64,000 nt of DNA, from positions 132,948 to 196,947 of the forward strand of contig JAKITS010000001.1 in NCBI GenBank assembly GCA_021648085.1, written 5' to 3'. Position numbers and translations under genes: made by a program. The notes under the pieces were generated by a model that did no database searches, had not been told where the DNA came from, and worked only from the letters and a program-made list of their open reading frames with translations. Below are positions 28,139 to 36,101 of this stretch, piece by piece (the first letter of the stretch is position 1; each line of letters begins with the position of its first letter). This stretch comes from Candidatus Magasanikiibacteriota bacterium. Lineage in GTDB: Bacteria > Patescibacteriota > Patescibacteriia > Magasanikbacterales > UBA922.

Positions 28139-29161
28139 ATGATAAAAGACAAACCAAACAATAAAATAATTATATATACGGCTGACGGCGGTAATCCAAC
28201 AATTAATGTTCGTATCGAAGGAAAAACTGTATGGCTTTCACAAATTCAATTGGCTGAACTTTTTGGAACATCAAAAGCAAATATTAGCTTACATATTAAA
28301 AATATCTTTGAAGAAGGTGAATTAAGTAAAGAACCAACTGTTAAGGAATACTTAACAGTTCAAAAAGAAGGAGATAGAGATGTTTCTCGTCATATAGAAT
28401 ATTATAATCTAGACCTCATAATATCTCTTGGTTATCGGGTAAAGTCGCAAATCGCAACTCACTTTCGAAAATGGACAACAGAACGTCTTAGTGAGTATCT
28501 CGTAAAAGGTTTTACCATGGACGACGAACGACTCAAAGGTATGGGTGGAGGAAGCTTTTGGAAAGAATTACTAGATCGTATTCGTGATATCCGAAGCAGT
28601 GAAAAGGTGCTGTACCGCCAAGTGTTGGATTTGTATGCGACTAGTGTTGATTATGACCCAAATAGCTCTGAATCAATCAAGTTTTTCAAAATAGTACAAA
28701 ACAAACTTCATTATGCCACAAACAAAAATACTGCAGCTGAAACTATTTTTACACGCGCGGATGCCGAAAAAGATTTTATGGGTTTGAAAACATTTGCAGG
28801 TATATTACCAATATTGTCAGAAGTTGGGGTTGCCAAAAACTATCTTACCGAAGACGAGTTGTTTATATTAAACCGTATGGTTTCGGCTTTCTTTGATTTG
28901 GCAGAAATAAAAGCAAAAGAACAGAAAAAAATGTATATGGCAGACTGGGTGGCAGAGTTGGATAAATTTGCTGAAAATTATGGAAAGGGTGTTTTGAAAG
29001 ATGCAGGAAAAATAAGCCATAAACAAGCAGTAAAAAAAGCTCAAAAAGAATACAGACAATTTCAAGCTAAAACATTATCACCAGTTGAGGAGGCGTATTT
29101 GAAAAATATCAAAAACATACAAAAAGAGGTTGAACAAAAAACCAAGTCTTCTAAAAAATAA
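28139..29161 (+). CDS. rhuM: RhuM-family virulence/Fic-DOC-related protein
   Basis: N-terminal 'IIIYTADGGNPTINVRIEGKTVWLSQIQLAELFGTSKANISLHIKNIFEEGEL' is the hallmark RhuM block. Length 340 aa. Confidence 0.7.
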   Translation: MIKDKPNNKIIIYTADGGNPTINVRIEGKTVWLSQIQLAELFGTSKANISLHIKNIFEEGELSKEPTVKEYLTVQKEGDRDVSRHIEYYNLDLIISLGYRVKSQIATHFRKWTTERLSEYLVKGFTMDDERLKGMGGGSFWKELLDRIRDIRSSEKVLYRQVLDLYATSVDYDPNSSESIKFFKIVQNKLHYATNKNTAAETIFTRADAEKDFMGLKTFAGILPILSEVGVAKNYLTEDELFILNRMVSAFFDLAEIKAKEQKKMYMADWVAELDKFAENYGKGVLKDAGKISHKQAVKKAQKEYRQFQAKTLSPVEEAYLKNIKNIQKEVEQKTKSSKK

Positions 29162-29162
29162 T

Positions 29163-29273
29163 ATGGAAAAATTAAAAGTAAATTTAGAATCAGGGAAACA
29201 AAATCCAACATTTGAAATAATTGCGAAAATTGTTGAAGAGTTGGGGGTTGAGATTGGAGATTTAATGAAATAA
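29163..29273 (+). pseudogene. C-terminal half of an XRE-type HTH protein (36 codons), probably a gene remnant
   Basis: 'NLESGKQNPTFEIIAKIVEELGVEIGDLMK' matches helix 3 to the C-terminus of HTH_XRE ('ERGKRNPSLETLLKIAKALGVSLDEL'). The N-terminal helices are missing. It starts 1 nt after the rhuM stop and ends with the right 33-bp direct repeat. Confidence 0.45.
29241..29273. repeat. 33-bp direct repeat (right) flanking the rhuM cassette
   Basis: 'TTGGGGGTTGAGATTGGAGATTTAATGAAATAA'. Confidence 0.7.
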
Positions 29274-29319
29274 TTATTATGATAAATTCAAAATAGGCAA
29301 AATCAAGAATAAAAATAAA

Positions 29320-29358
29320 TAAACTCCTTGAAGAGTCAGGTTGGAGTTTTTTTGTTTT
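29320..29358 (+). terminator. Intrinsic terminator
   Basis: 'AACTCCTTGAAGAGTCAGGTTGGAGTTTTTTTGTTTT'. Confidence 0.5.
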
Positions 29359-29439
29359 CTAAGATATTTTGTATTTTTGTAGTTTTTTGCTACCATAATA
29401 ATATATTGTTGAAATAATAAGAAATGTTTAGAATATGGT

Positions 29440-30087
29440 ATGAGAATTAAAAATAAATTAAAAATTGAGCGTCCTAGGGAGAAAATGAAAAAATACGGCC
29501 CTGAAAAACTAAAAGATGAAGAGCTTTTGGCAATTTTATTACGCACTGGTACGAAAAAAATGGATGTAATTAAATTAGCTCAAAAGATATTACGTGATTT
29601 TAAAGATGAGAAAATTCTTGATGTAACTATTGTTGATTTGCAGAAAATTCATGGTTTAGGTTTAGCAAAAGCATGTGAAATCGTGGCATGTTTTGAGCTT
29701 GGACGTAGAAAATTACAAGGAAAGAAAACAAATATTTTACTTACACCAAAAGATGTCTGGGAAGCAATGGTAGATATTCGTAATAGTAAAAAAGAACATT
29801 TTGTTGTTTTTTATCTTAATAGCAGAAGTCAAGAAATCAAACGAGAGATTGTTTCGATAGGTACAATAAATGCGAGTCTTGTCCATCCACGGGAAGTTTT
29901 TGAGAGTGCAATTAAAAACAATGCTTCATCAATAATTCTTGCTCATAATCACCCATCTGGAGATCTTGAACCGTCACAAGATGATATAGAAATTACAAAA
30001 AAACTTGTTTATGCAGGAAAAATTTTGGATATTCAAGTGGTTGATCATGTAATAGTATCTAATAAAGAATTTAAGAGTTTTATATAA
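29440..30087 (+). CDS. radC: RadC-like JAB/JAMM-domain protein
   Basis: 'ILAHNHPSGDLEPSQDD' JAMM motif. N-terminal 'EELLAILLRTG' helix-hairpin-helix region. Confidence 0.85.
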   Translation: MRIKNKLKIERPREKMKKYGPEKLKDEELLAILLRTGTKKMDVIKLAQKILRDFKDEKILDVTIVDLQKIHGLGLAKACEIVACFELGRRKLQGKKTNILLTPKDVWEAMVDIRNSKKEHFVVFYLNSRSQEIKREIVSIGTINASLVHPREVFESAIKNNASSIILAHNHPSGDLEPSQDDIEITKKLVYAGKILDIQVVDHVIVSNKEFKSFI

Positions 30088-30088
30088 A

Positions 30089-31291
30089 ATGCCAAAAAAT
30101 AATATTATAATTAATGATGGGGGATATTATGCTATAAAAGGTTTTGCTTATCAAATAGATAAAGCAATTTTAGAAATCTTAAATACTGATGACGAGAGTA
30201 AAAGTATAAATATTGAGCAAATTCAAGACATAGATTTAGCTGATTCAGTTATACAAGTTAAATATAAAGAAACTACTAAGCTAGTTCCCTCTCAAGTAAA
30301 CAAGCCAATATCACAACTCATTGAAGAATTTAAAGTAGATAACACAAAAAAATATATTTTGTATACTTATTTTGATGACTTAAATGGATATGAGGAAAAA
30401 GTAGATCAAGATAAAAAAATTTCAAAGGATACTTTGGATGAATTTTTAGGGAACCTAAAAAATGATTTTACAGAACAGGAAAGAATAGACTTTGTTAATA
30501 ATTTTTATTTAGATTTTTCTCCAGAGTTTCAATCTCAATTTAATTCTGTAATTTTAAAATTAAAAGAACAGAGTTTTATTGGAAATACTGACGAAGAGGC
30601 AATGTTTTATTATGCAAATATTTCAGACTTTTTGTATAAATTAGTCACAAATAATCCAACCATAAAAATTAAAAACAGGACGTGTACTCAAAAAGAAATA
30701 TTTGATTATTTAAAAAACGGTAAGTGTCTAATCTTTAATTCTAGTTTTAGAGAATATCAAGGTGATCAAAAATATTTTACTTTTATTAAAAAACAACATT
30801 TTTCTAATAGAAATATAGATTATTTTGAAAGATTCATTATTGTAGAATTAAGTAGAAATGAAAGCATTGCAGATATAAAAGAAGTTGTTTTTAAAATTAA
30901 AGATGCATTTTATAACAAATCAGGAACATGGAGAGGTAAAGTAATAAAATCTCCTGCCCCGTATATTTATATGATTAATATTTCAGATGATAGTTTAATT
31001 CAGTTAAAAACTGAATTATTAAAAGAAAGTACAATTTTCAAAGATGGTTTTGATTTTGCTGGTGCTAATTTTTCTTTAGATTCAATAAAACAAAATTCTA
31101 CAATCCACAACAATCTTTGTTTAAAATTAGTTAATAATGAAGATATTTTAAAGCGATTAATAAGTGAAGATTTTCAACATCCAAAAGAAATTTATCAATT
31201 TTACACAAATGAAAGTATTATAATTAAACCTAATATGAAAAATATTGAAATACAAATAAAAAACATATCAGATATTATTTTTATTCTTTAA
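30089..31291 (+). CDS. DUF4297 (Cap4-type nuclease domain)-like protein, putative partner of the HerA-like ATPase
   Basis: The N-terminus 'GGYYAIKGFAYQIDKAIL' resembles the DUF4297/Cap4-nuclease N-terminal signature as recalled. It lies 11 nt upstream of a HerA-type ATPase, matching the gene order of the DUF4297-HerA defence pair. No SIR2 motif. Confidence 0.5.
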   Translation: MPKNNIIINDGGYYAIKGFAYQIDKAILEILNTDDESKSINIEQIQDIDLADSVIQVKYKETTKLVPSQVNKPISQLIEEFKVDNTKKYILYTYFDDLNGYEEKVDQDKKISKDTLDEFLGNLKNDFTEQERIDFVNNFYLDFSPEFQSQFNSVILKLKEQSFIGNTDEEAMFYYANISDFLYKLVTNNPTIKIKNRTCTQKEIFDYLKNGKCLIFNSSFREYQGDQKYFTFIKKQHFSNRNIDYFERFIIVELSRNESIADIKEVVFKIKDAFYNKSGTWRGKVIKSPAPYIYMINISDDSLIQLKTELLKESTIFKDGFDFAGANFSLDSIKQNSTIHNNLCLKLVNNEDILKRLISEDFQHPKEIYQFYTNESIIIKPNMKNIEIQIKNISDIIFIL

Positions 31292-31302
31292 CTTAAAATA
31301 TC

Positions 31303-33012
31303 ATGACAAATTCAACTGATCAAAAACTTGCTTTCGTAACTTCCGTTTATCCAAATAAAGTAAAAATTGAAGTAGAAAATCTAACTGCTTTTAAAGATAA
31401 TATAGATGACGCACTTGGTGATTTAAAAATTGGCTCTTATCTTGAAATTTCTGATAATGAAGGTTGTAAACTTATTGCTATTATTGAAAGCTATCAAATA
31501 GAATTAAAAGAAAGAATTATAGAAAATGAACAAGGTGAAAAAAATAAAGAAACTTACAACGCTTACGTATTAGAAGCTAGTCCTCTCGGTACAATAAAAG
31601 GTAAAGAATTTACTAGAGGTGGCGATGCTTTGACTATTCCACCAACAGAGGTAGGACCTGCAAGTGAAGAAAATATAAAATTAATTTATGAAAATGGATT
31701 TGAGCCACAAGAAAAGTTTTTATTTGCAAAATTAGCACAAGATGAAAATATTGAAGTTCCTGTAAATGGGAATAAATTTTTCAATAAACATTTCGCAATT
31801 GTTGGGTCTAGTGGTTCAGGGAAATCGCATACGATAGCAAAAATTATACAAAAAGCTGTTGCAGAGAAAAATGGTGAATTCGAATTAAACAATTCTCACA
31901 TTATAATATTTGATATTCACAACGAATATAAAACAGCTTTCCCAGATGCCAACTTTTTGGATATTAGCAACTTAGTTTTGCCTTATTGGTTACTCAATAG
32001 TGAAGAATTAGAAGAACTATTTATTGATACGGAAGCTAATGACCACAATCAAAAAAATGTTTTCAAAGAATCAATTGTAACGAATAAAAAGGACAGTTTA
32101 ATTAAAGAAGATGGTGAAAGTCATGAAGATTTTAACAATAGAAAAGAAAAGATTCATTATGATTCTCCTGTTTTGTTTGATATTCAAAAAGTTTTGGAAT
32201 TTGCTCAAAACAAAAATCAAGAAATGGTTCCAGGTGCAAATAATAAAGAAAAACAGGGTTCATTATTTGGAAAATTAACCAATTTTGTCAGTAGATTAGA
32301 GAATAAATTGAATGATAAAAGATTTGAATTTTTATTAGGAGATAATTCAAAAGAAATTTCTTTTGAAGATACTTTGAGACAATTTATTGGATATAAAGAT
32401 GACAATAAATCAAATGTAACAATTATTGATTTAAGTGGTGTTCCTTTTGACGTTCTTAGTGTCACAGTAGCTTTAATTTCAAGAATATTATTTGATTATG
32501 GATATTTTTATAAAAAATATTTAAACGAAGGTGTTGATTTGGAAACTCCATTATTGCTTATATATGAAGAAGCACATAAATATGTACCAAAAAATGATTT
32601 TGCAAAATTTAGAGCATCGAGGAATGCTATTGAAAGAATTGCAAAAGAAGGAAGAAAATATGGTGTAACTTTAGGTATTATAAGCCAAAGGCCATCTGAA
32701 ATATCTGAAACCATCTTCTCTCAATGCAATAACTTTATTGCTATGAGATTAACAAATCCAACTGATCAGAATTATGTAAAAAGATTGTTACCAGATACAT
32801 TGGGGAATCTAATTGATAATTTACCATCATTACAATCTGGAGAAGGACTTTTGCTTGGAGAATCAATAATTATGCCATCTTTAGTTAAAATAGAAAAATG
32901 TGATAACGATAAACAGCCATCTTCAAATGATGTGAAATATTTGGAAACATGGAAAGAGGAATGGAAAGATGTTGATTTTAATAACATAATTAAAAAATGG
33001 AAATATGAATAA
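31303..33012 (+). CDS. HerA/FtsK-superfamily ATPase (DUF87-like)
   Basis: Walker A 'VGSSGSGKSHT', Walker B 'LLLIYEEAHKYVP', the 'AKEGRKYGVTLGIISQRPSEIS' arginine-finger block typical of HerA/VirB4-type ATPases, and an N-terminal beta-barrel-like region. Confidence 0.75.
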   Translation: MTNSTDQKLAFVTSVYPNKVKIEVENLTAFKDNIDDALGDLKIGSYLEISDNEGCKLIAIIESYQIELKERIIENEQGEKNKETYNAYVLEASPLGTIKGKEFTRGGDALTIPPTEVGPASEENIKLIYENGFEPQEKFLFAKLAQDENIEVPVNGNKFFNKHFAIVGSSGSGKSHTIAKIIQKAVAEKNGEFELNNSHIIIFDIHNEYKTAFPDANFLDISNLVLPYWLLNSEELEELFIDTEANDHNQKNVFKESIVTNKKDSLIKEDGESHEDFNNRKEKIHYDSPVLFDIQKVLEFAQNKNQEMVPGANNKEKQGSLFGKLTNFVSRLENKLNDKRFEFLLGDNSKEISFEDTLRQFIGYKDDNKSNVTIIDLSGVPFDVLSVTVALISRILFDYGYFYKKYLNEGVDLETPLLLIYEEAHKYVPKNDFAKFRASRNAIERIAKEGRKYGVTLGIISQRPSEISETIFSQCNNFIAMRLTNPTDQNYVKRLLPDTLGNLIDNLPSLQSGEGLLLGESIIMPSLVKIEKCDNDKQPSSNDVKYLETWKEEWKDVDFNNIIKKWKYE

Positions 33013-34402
33013 AATATACACAACAAAAAATGATGTATTAAAAGAAGCTAAGAAAATTCTTAATCAATCTTTGCGTGATATAATGATTGATAATAATATT
33101 GATATTGAAAAATTGGAACAAAAACTTTTTCAATATAATAAAAGACGAAAAGGACTTTTGGGTGAGTTGGTTGAGGAATTCGTTTTTGGGCTTAATGTAA
33201 ATAATAATGCTGAGGCAGATTTTGTTATTGCTGGTATAGAATTAAAAACCAATCCACTTAAAAAATCTAATAAAAAAGATTTTGTTTCTAAGGAACGTTT
33301 GGTTTTTTCAATGATTAATTATAATAAAATAGTAAATGAAACATGGGAAAATAGTTCATTTCTTAAAAAAAATAAAGTTCTTTTGCTGATGTTTTATCTG
33401 TGGCTTAAAGATCAGAGTATTTTGGATTATGAGTTTAAATTTGTACATTTACTTGACTTACTAAATGGTCTATCTGGTGAAGATATATATCAAATACAAA
33501 AGGATTGGGAATATATTGTCGCAAAAATTAAACGGGGAGAAGCTCATTTGTTGTCTGAAGGGGATACGTATTATTTAGGTGCTTGTACAAAAGCTGCAAA
33601 TAGTAGGGTTGTACGTGACCAACCAAAATCACGTATATTAGCAAAACCAAGAGCTTTTTCTTTTAAACAACAATATTTAAACTTTTTAATTCAAAAAGAA
33701 TTACTCGGTAAGTCTGTAGATACAGAATCAATTTTTAAGAAAAAACGACGATTAGCTACGGTAGAAGATATTGTAAAAGAAAAGTTTTCTAAATTTATAG
33801 GAAAAACAGATCTTGAGATTAAGAATATTGTGGGTTGGGAAATTGAGAAAAAACCAAAAAGTTGGAAACGTCTTTTGGCAAATAGAATGCTCGGTGTTAA
33901 ATCAAATAAAATTGAGGAATTAGAAAAAGGAAATATAAAAATGAAAGTAATTACATTGGAATATACAGGTACTCTTAGGGAATCACTTTCTTTTCCAGCA
34001 TTTAATTATAAAGATTTAATAACACAGGTTTGGTATGATGACGAAAATCAGAAAATGAGTGATTTATATGAGTTATTAGAAACGAAAAAATTTTTATTTG
34101 TTGTATTTCAAAAACAAAAAGATAGTAAAGAGATTATTTTTAGAAAAATAAAATTTTGGAATTTTCCAATGAAAGATTTGTTGGAAGTTAGAAATGTATG
34201 GGATAAAACAATTGATTGTATTAATAATGGAGAATATAAAAATTTACCAAAAATGAGTGAGAATGGTGTTGCTCATGTGCGACCGCATGGAAAAAATTCA
34301 AAAGATACAATAGAAACTCCACAAAAAACACAAGAAACAAAAAGGTCATTTTGGTTAAATGCAAAGTATATTCAAAAAGTACTCGAAAATGATATTGATT
34401 AA
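33005..34402 (+). CDS. MutH/Sau3AI-family type II restriction endonuclease (GATC-family candidate)
   Basis: 'EADFVIAGIELKTNP' aligns with the E. coli MutH catalytic block 'EQDFAALGVELKTIP' (D, E-x-K). Further blocks 'SKERLVFSMINY' and 'QKDWEYI...GEAHLLSEGDTYYLGACTKAANS...AKPRAFSFKQ' resemble Sau3AI as recalled. The start overlaps the HerA stop (ATGAATAA). Confidence 0.65.
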   Translation: MNKIYTTKNDVLKEAKKILNQSLRDIMIDNNIDIEKLEQKLFQYNKRRKGLLGELVEEFVFGLNVNNNAEADFVIAGIELKTNPLKKSNKKDFVSKERLVFSMINYNKIVNETWENSSFLKKNKVLLLMFYLWLKDQSILDYEFKFVHLLDLLNGLSGEDIYQIQKDWEYIVAKIKRGEAHLLSEGDTYYLGACTKAANSRVVRDQPKSRILAKPRAFSFKQQYLNFLIQKELLGKSVDTESIFKKKRRLATVEDIVKEKFSKFIGKTDLEIKNIVGWEIEKKPKSWKRLLANRMLGVKSNKIEELEKGNIKMKVITLEYTGTLRESLSFPAFNYKDLITQVWYDDENQKMSDLYELLETKKFLFVVFQKQKDSKEIIFRKIKFWNFPMKDLLEVRNVWDKTIDCINNGEYKNLPKMSENGVAHVRPHGKNSKDTIETPQKTQETKRSFWLNAKYIQKVLENDID

Positions 34403-34456
34403 AATTTGATCAATATCATTATTTTTGTTAAAATATAATTAATAAATTTTTTTAAT

Positions 34457-35704
34457 ATGAAAATAATAAGAGTGGTTGAATTATTTGCTGGAGTCGGAGG
34501 GTTTCGAATCGGGCTTAAACAAGCAGATAATGAAAAAGTGAAATATAAAACTATTTGGAATAGTCAGTGGGAACCAAGTACAAAAACACAACATGCTTCA
34601 GAAATATACAAAAAACATTTTGGTGAAAAAGGACATTCTTGTGAGGATATTAGAAATGTTGTTGATAATAAATTTCACACAATTCCTGAACATGATTTAT
34701 TAGTTGGTGGTTTTCCTTGTCAAGATTATTCTGTAGCACGTACAGCAAATCAAGCAAATGGTTTAATTGGTAAAAAAGGTGTTTTGTGGTGGTCTATTTT
34801 TGATATTTTAAAAAAAAGTGGAGAAAAAGCTCCCAGTTTTTTATTGTTAGAAAATGTTGATAGACTTCTTAAATCACCAACTAAACAAAGGGGGCGTGAT
34901 TTTGCTGTAATGCTCTCCTCTTTGGCTTCACTTAATTATATAGTGGAATGGAGGATTATTAATGCAGCAGAATATGGTTTTCCACAACGACGAAGACGTG
35001 TTTTTATTTTAGCTTATAAAAAAGGAACAAAACTTAATAAAAAAGCACGGAATATAAATTTAGAAGATTGGATAAATAAAAAGAGTGTAATGGCAAAAGG
35101 TTTTCCTATTTATAAAAATAATAATTTGTTAACCTCGTTTCAGATTAACACTAATCCGGCTAAAGTTTCTGAAGAATTTTCAAAAAATTCTCCAAAAATA
35201 AGTCCTTTTTATAATAGTGGTATAATGATTGATAATAAAATATATACAAAAAAAGTTCATCCAAAATATAATGGTAAAAAAGTAATTCTAAAAGACGTTT
35301 TAATTGATGAGAAACATGTACCGGAAGAATTTTTTATTGATGAGAAAACATTTGAAAGGTGGAAATATTTAAAAAATAGTAAAACAGAAAAGAGATGTAC
35401 TAAAGATGGTTTTGAATATAGTTATTCAGAAGGTGGTATGATTTTTCCAGATAATTTAGAGAATGCATCTAGGACAATTGTGACAGGTGAAGGAGGCTCA
35501 TCACCTTCAAGGTTTAAACACGTTATTAAAACAAAAACAGGACGTTTACGCAGATTAACACCAATAGAATTAGAACGACTTAATATGTTTCCAGATAATC
35601 ATACAGAAGGTGTATCAAATACAAAACGAGCTTTTATAATGGGTAATGCTCTTGTTATCGGTGTTATCAAAAAATTAGGTCAAACACTTTCAGACTTTAT
35701 ATAA
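34457..35704 (+). CDS. DNA (cytosine-5)-methyltransferase
   Basis: Motif I 'ELFAGVGGFRIG', motif IV 'GGFPCQDYS', motif VI 'ENV', and a target-recognition domain between. Confidence 0.9.
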   Translation: MKIIRVVELFAGVGGFRIGLKQADNEKVKYKTIWNSQWEPSTKTQHASEIYKKHFGEKGHSCEDIRNVVDNKFHTIPEHDLLVGGFPCQDYSVARTANQANGLIGKKGVLWWSIFDILKKSGEKAPSFLLLENVDRLLKSPTKQRGRDFAVMLSSLASLNYIVEWRIINAAEYGFPQRRRRVFILAYKKGTKLNKKARNINLEDWINKKSVMAKGFPIYKNNNLLTSFQINTNPAKVSEEFSKNSPKISPFYNSGIMIDNKIYTKKVHPKYNGKKVILKDVLIDEKHVPEEFFIDEKTFERWKYLKNSKTEKRCTKDGFEYSYSEGGMIFPDNLENASRTIVTGEGGSSPSRFKHVIKTKTGRLRRLTPIELERLNMFPDNHTEGVSNTKRAFIMGNALVIGVIKKLGQTLSDFI

Positions 35705-35711
35705 ATTCATA

Positions 35712-35750
35712 AAAAACAAAAAAAACTCCTCTCGGAGTTTTTTTTGTTTT
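35712..35750. terminator. Bidirectional intrinsic terminator (island end / hup end)
   Basis: 'AAAAAACTCCTCTCGGAGTTTTTTTT' flanked by an A-run and a T-run. Confidence 0.7.
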
Positions 35751-35758
35751 GAGTTTTT

Positions 35759-36043
35759 TTATCTTCTTCCTTTCAAAGTATCTTTCAGTGTTTTTCCTGC
35801 TTTGAATTTTGGTACAATTACTGGTGGAATTTCTATTTTGATGCTTGGATTTCTTGGGTTTACGCCAATTCTTCCAGCACGTGTTTTTGCACTAAACGCT
35901 CCAAAACCTGCAATGTTTACAAATCCGCCAGTGTTTAATGTATTTGTGACTATTTCCACAAACGCAGAAACCATTTGCACAGCTTCTTTTTTAGATACAC
36001 CAACTTTTTCAGCTATTTGGTTTGATAGTTCTACTTTGTTCAT
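35759..36043 (-). CDS. hup: DNA-binding protein HU
   Basis: 94 aa, 'MNKVELSNQIAEKVGVSKKEA...GFGAFSAKTRAGRIGVNPRN'. Confidence 0.85.
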   Translation of the reverse strand: MNKVELSNQIAEKVGVSKKEAVQMVSAFVEIVTNTLNTGGFVNIAGFGAFSAKTRAGRIGVNPRNPSIKIEIPPVIVPKFKAGKTLKDTLKGRR

Positions 36044-36101
36044 ATTTTTTATTGAAAGTATAATAGGTTTATTATAGGAGAATTAGCTTAGAATGTCAAA
36101 A

